The position numbers were made by a program, and so were the translations under genes. Below the pieces are notes generated by a model. The model worked only from the letters and a program-made list of their open reading frames with translations, was not told the DNA's origin and did no database searches. DNA of 24,000 nt from Christensenella sp. UBA4675 (GTDB lineage Bacteria > Bacillota > Clostridia > Christensenellales > Borkfalkiaceae), in the NCBI GenBank assembly GCA_002405165.1, contig DHLF01000001.1:5608-29607 (forward strand). Direction: 5' to 3'. This document shows, one piece after another, positions 23,715 through 24,000 of the stretch. Numbering within the stretch: the stretch's first letter is position 1; every line of letters begins with the position of its first letter.

Positions 23715-24000
23715 AAAATTTCTTTTAAAATTTTTTTAAATTATTTTAGTAAACAAACTAATAAAAATTTTCAGACGATAATATATTTTCACGGCGGTGG
23801 ACTGGAAGCGGGTGATAAACAGGATAGAAACGTAGTAGAAATTGCTAATTCCTTTGTAAGTTTGGGTTACTTATTTGTTGCGATGAATTATAGTTTATAT
23901 CCAAACGCTATATGTCCTGAATTTATTTATGAAAGTGCAAACGCAGTAGCTTTTGTAGAGGTTCATCTTAAAAGTTGGGGCGGAAACGGAGAAATTATTT
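23715..24000 (+). CDS. alpha/beta hydrolase (HGGG-type esterase/lipase family), 3' end outside the window, 5' end apparently frameshifted
   Basis: Stop-free frame 23715-24000 encoding ...QTIIYFHGGGLEAGDKQDRNVVEIANSFVSLGYLFVAMNYSLYPNAICPEF...GGNGEII (HGGG oxyanion motif, NYxLxP). There is no in-frame start after the stop at 23712-23714. ATG 23672 (MAFIIICVFIVLLLK, TM-like) is in another frame and would join if the A6 run 23713-23718 were A5. Confidence 0.6.

Overview
AT-rich, Bacillota-like chromosomal window read with the standard code (TGA is a stop at 6447-6449). No CRISPR, IS element, integrase or prophage signal was seen.

Left 10 kb:
- Two tandem paralogous genes, each behind its own consensus sigma-A promoter and its own T-box riboswitch leader.
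- Each encodes an unusual three-part protein: XRE-type HTH, cupin, and AMP-forming acyl-CoA synthetase.
- They are followed, with no terminator, by a P-loop NTPase, a four-subunit 2-oxoacid:ferredoxin oxidoreductase (delta/alpha/beta/gamma) and the branched-chain aminotransferase IlvE.
- I read the T-box specifiers as AUC (Ile) and GUA (Val). I interpret the block as a route from branched short-chain fatty acids to Ile/Val by reductive carboxylation, gated by tRNA charging. This is the most interesting system in the window.

Middle:
- A large polytopic membrane-protein gene broken by a 16-bp tandem duplication plus homopolymer indels.
- An orphan ferritin-like di-iron protein on the minus strand.
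- A tightly packed operon of uridine-kinase-like, SDR, HAD and UvrD-family helicase genes. The helicase carries an inserted DEDDh exonuclease and a zinc ribbon.

Right:
- A 1104-aa lipoprotein with a Ser-rich linker, B-repeat, SGNH esterase and CBM9-like modules.
- A 51-aa YjzC-like ORF missed by the ORF track.
- A six-tRNA cluster (Pro, CAU, Asp, Phe, Thr, Tyr).
- The apparently frameshifted 5' part of an HGGG alpha/beta hydrolase.
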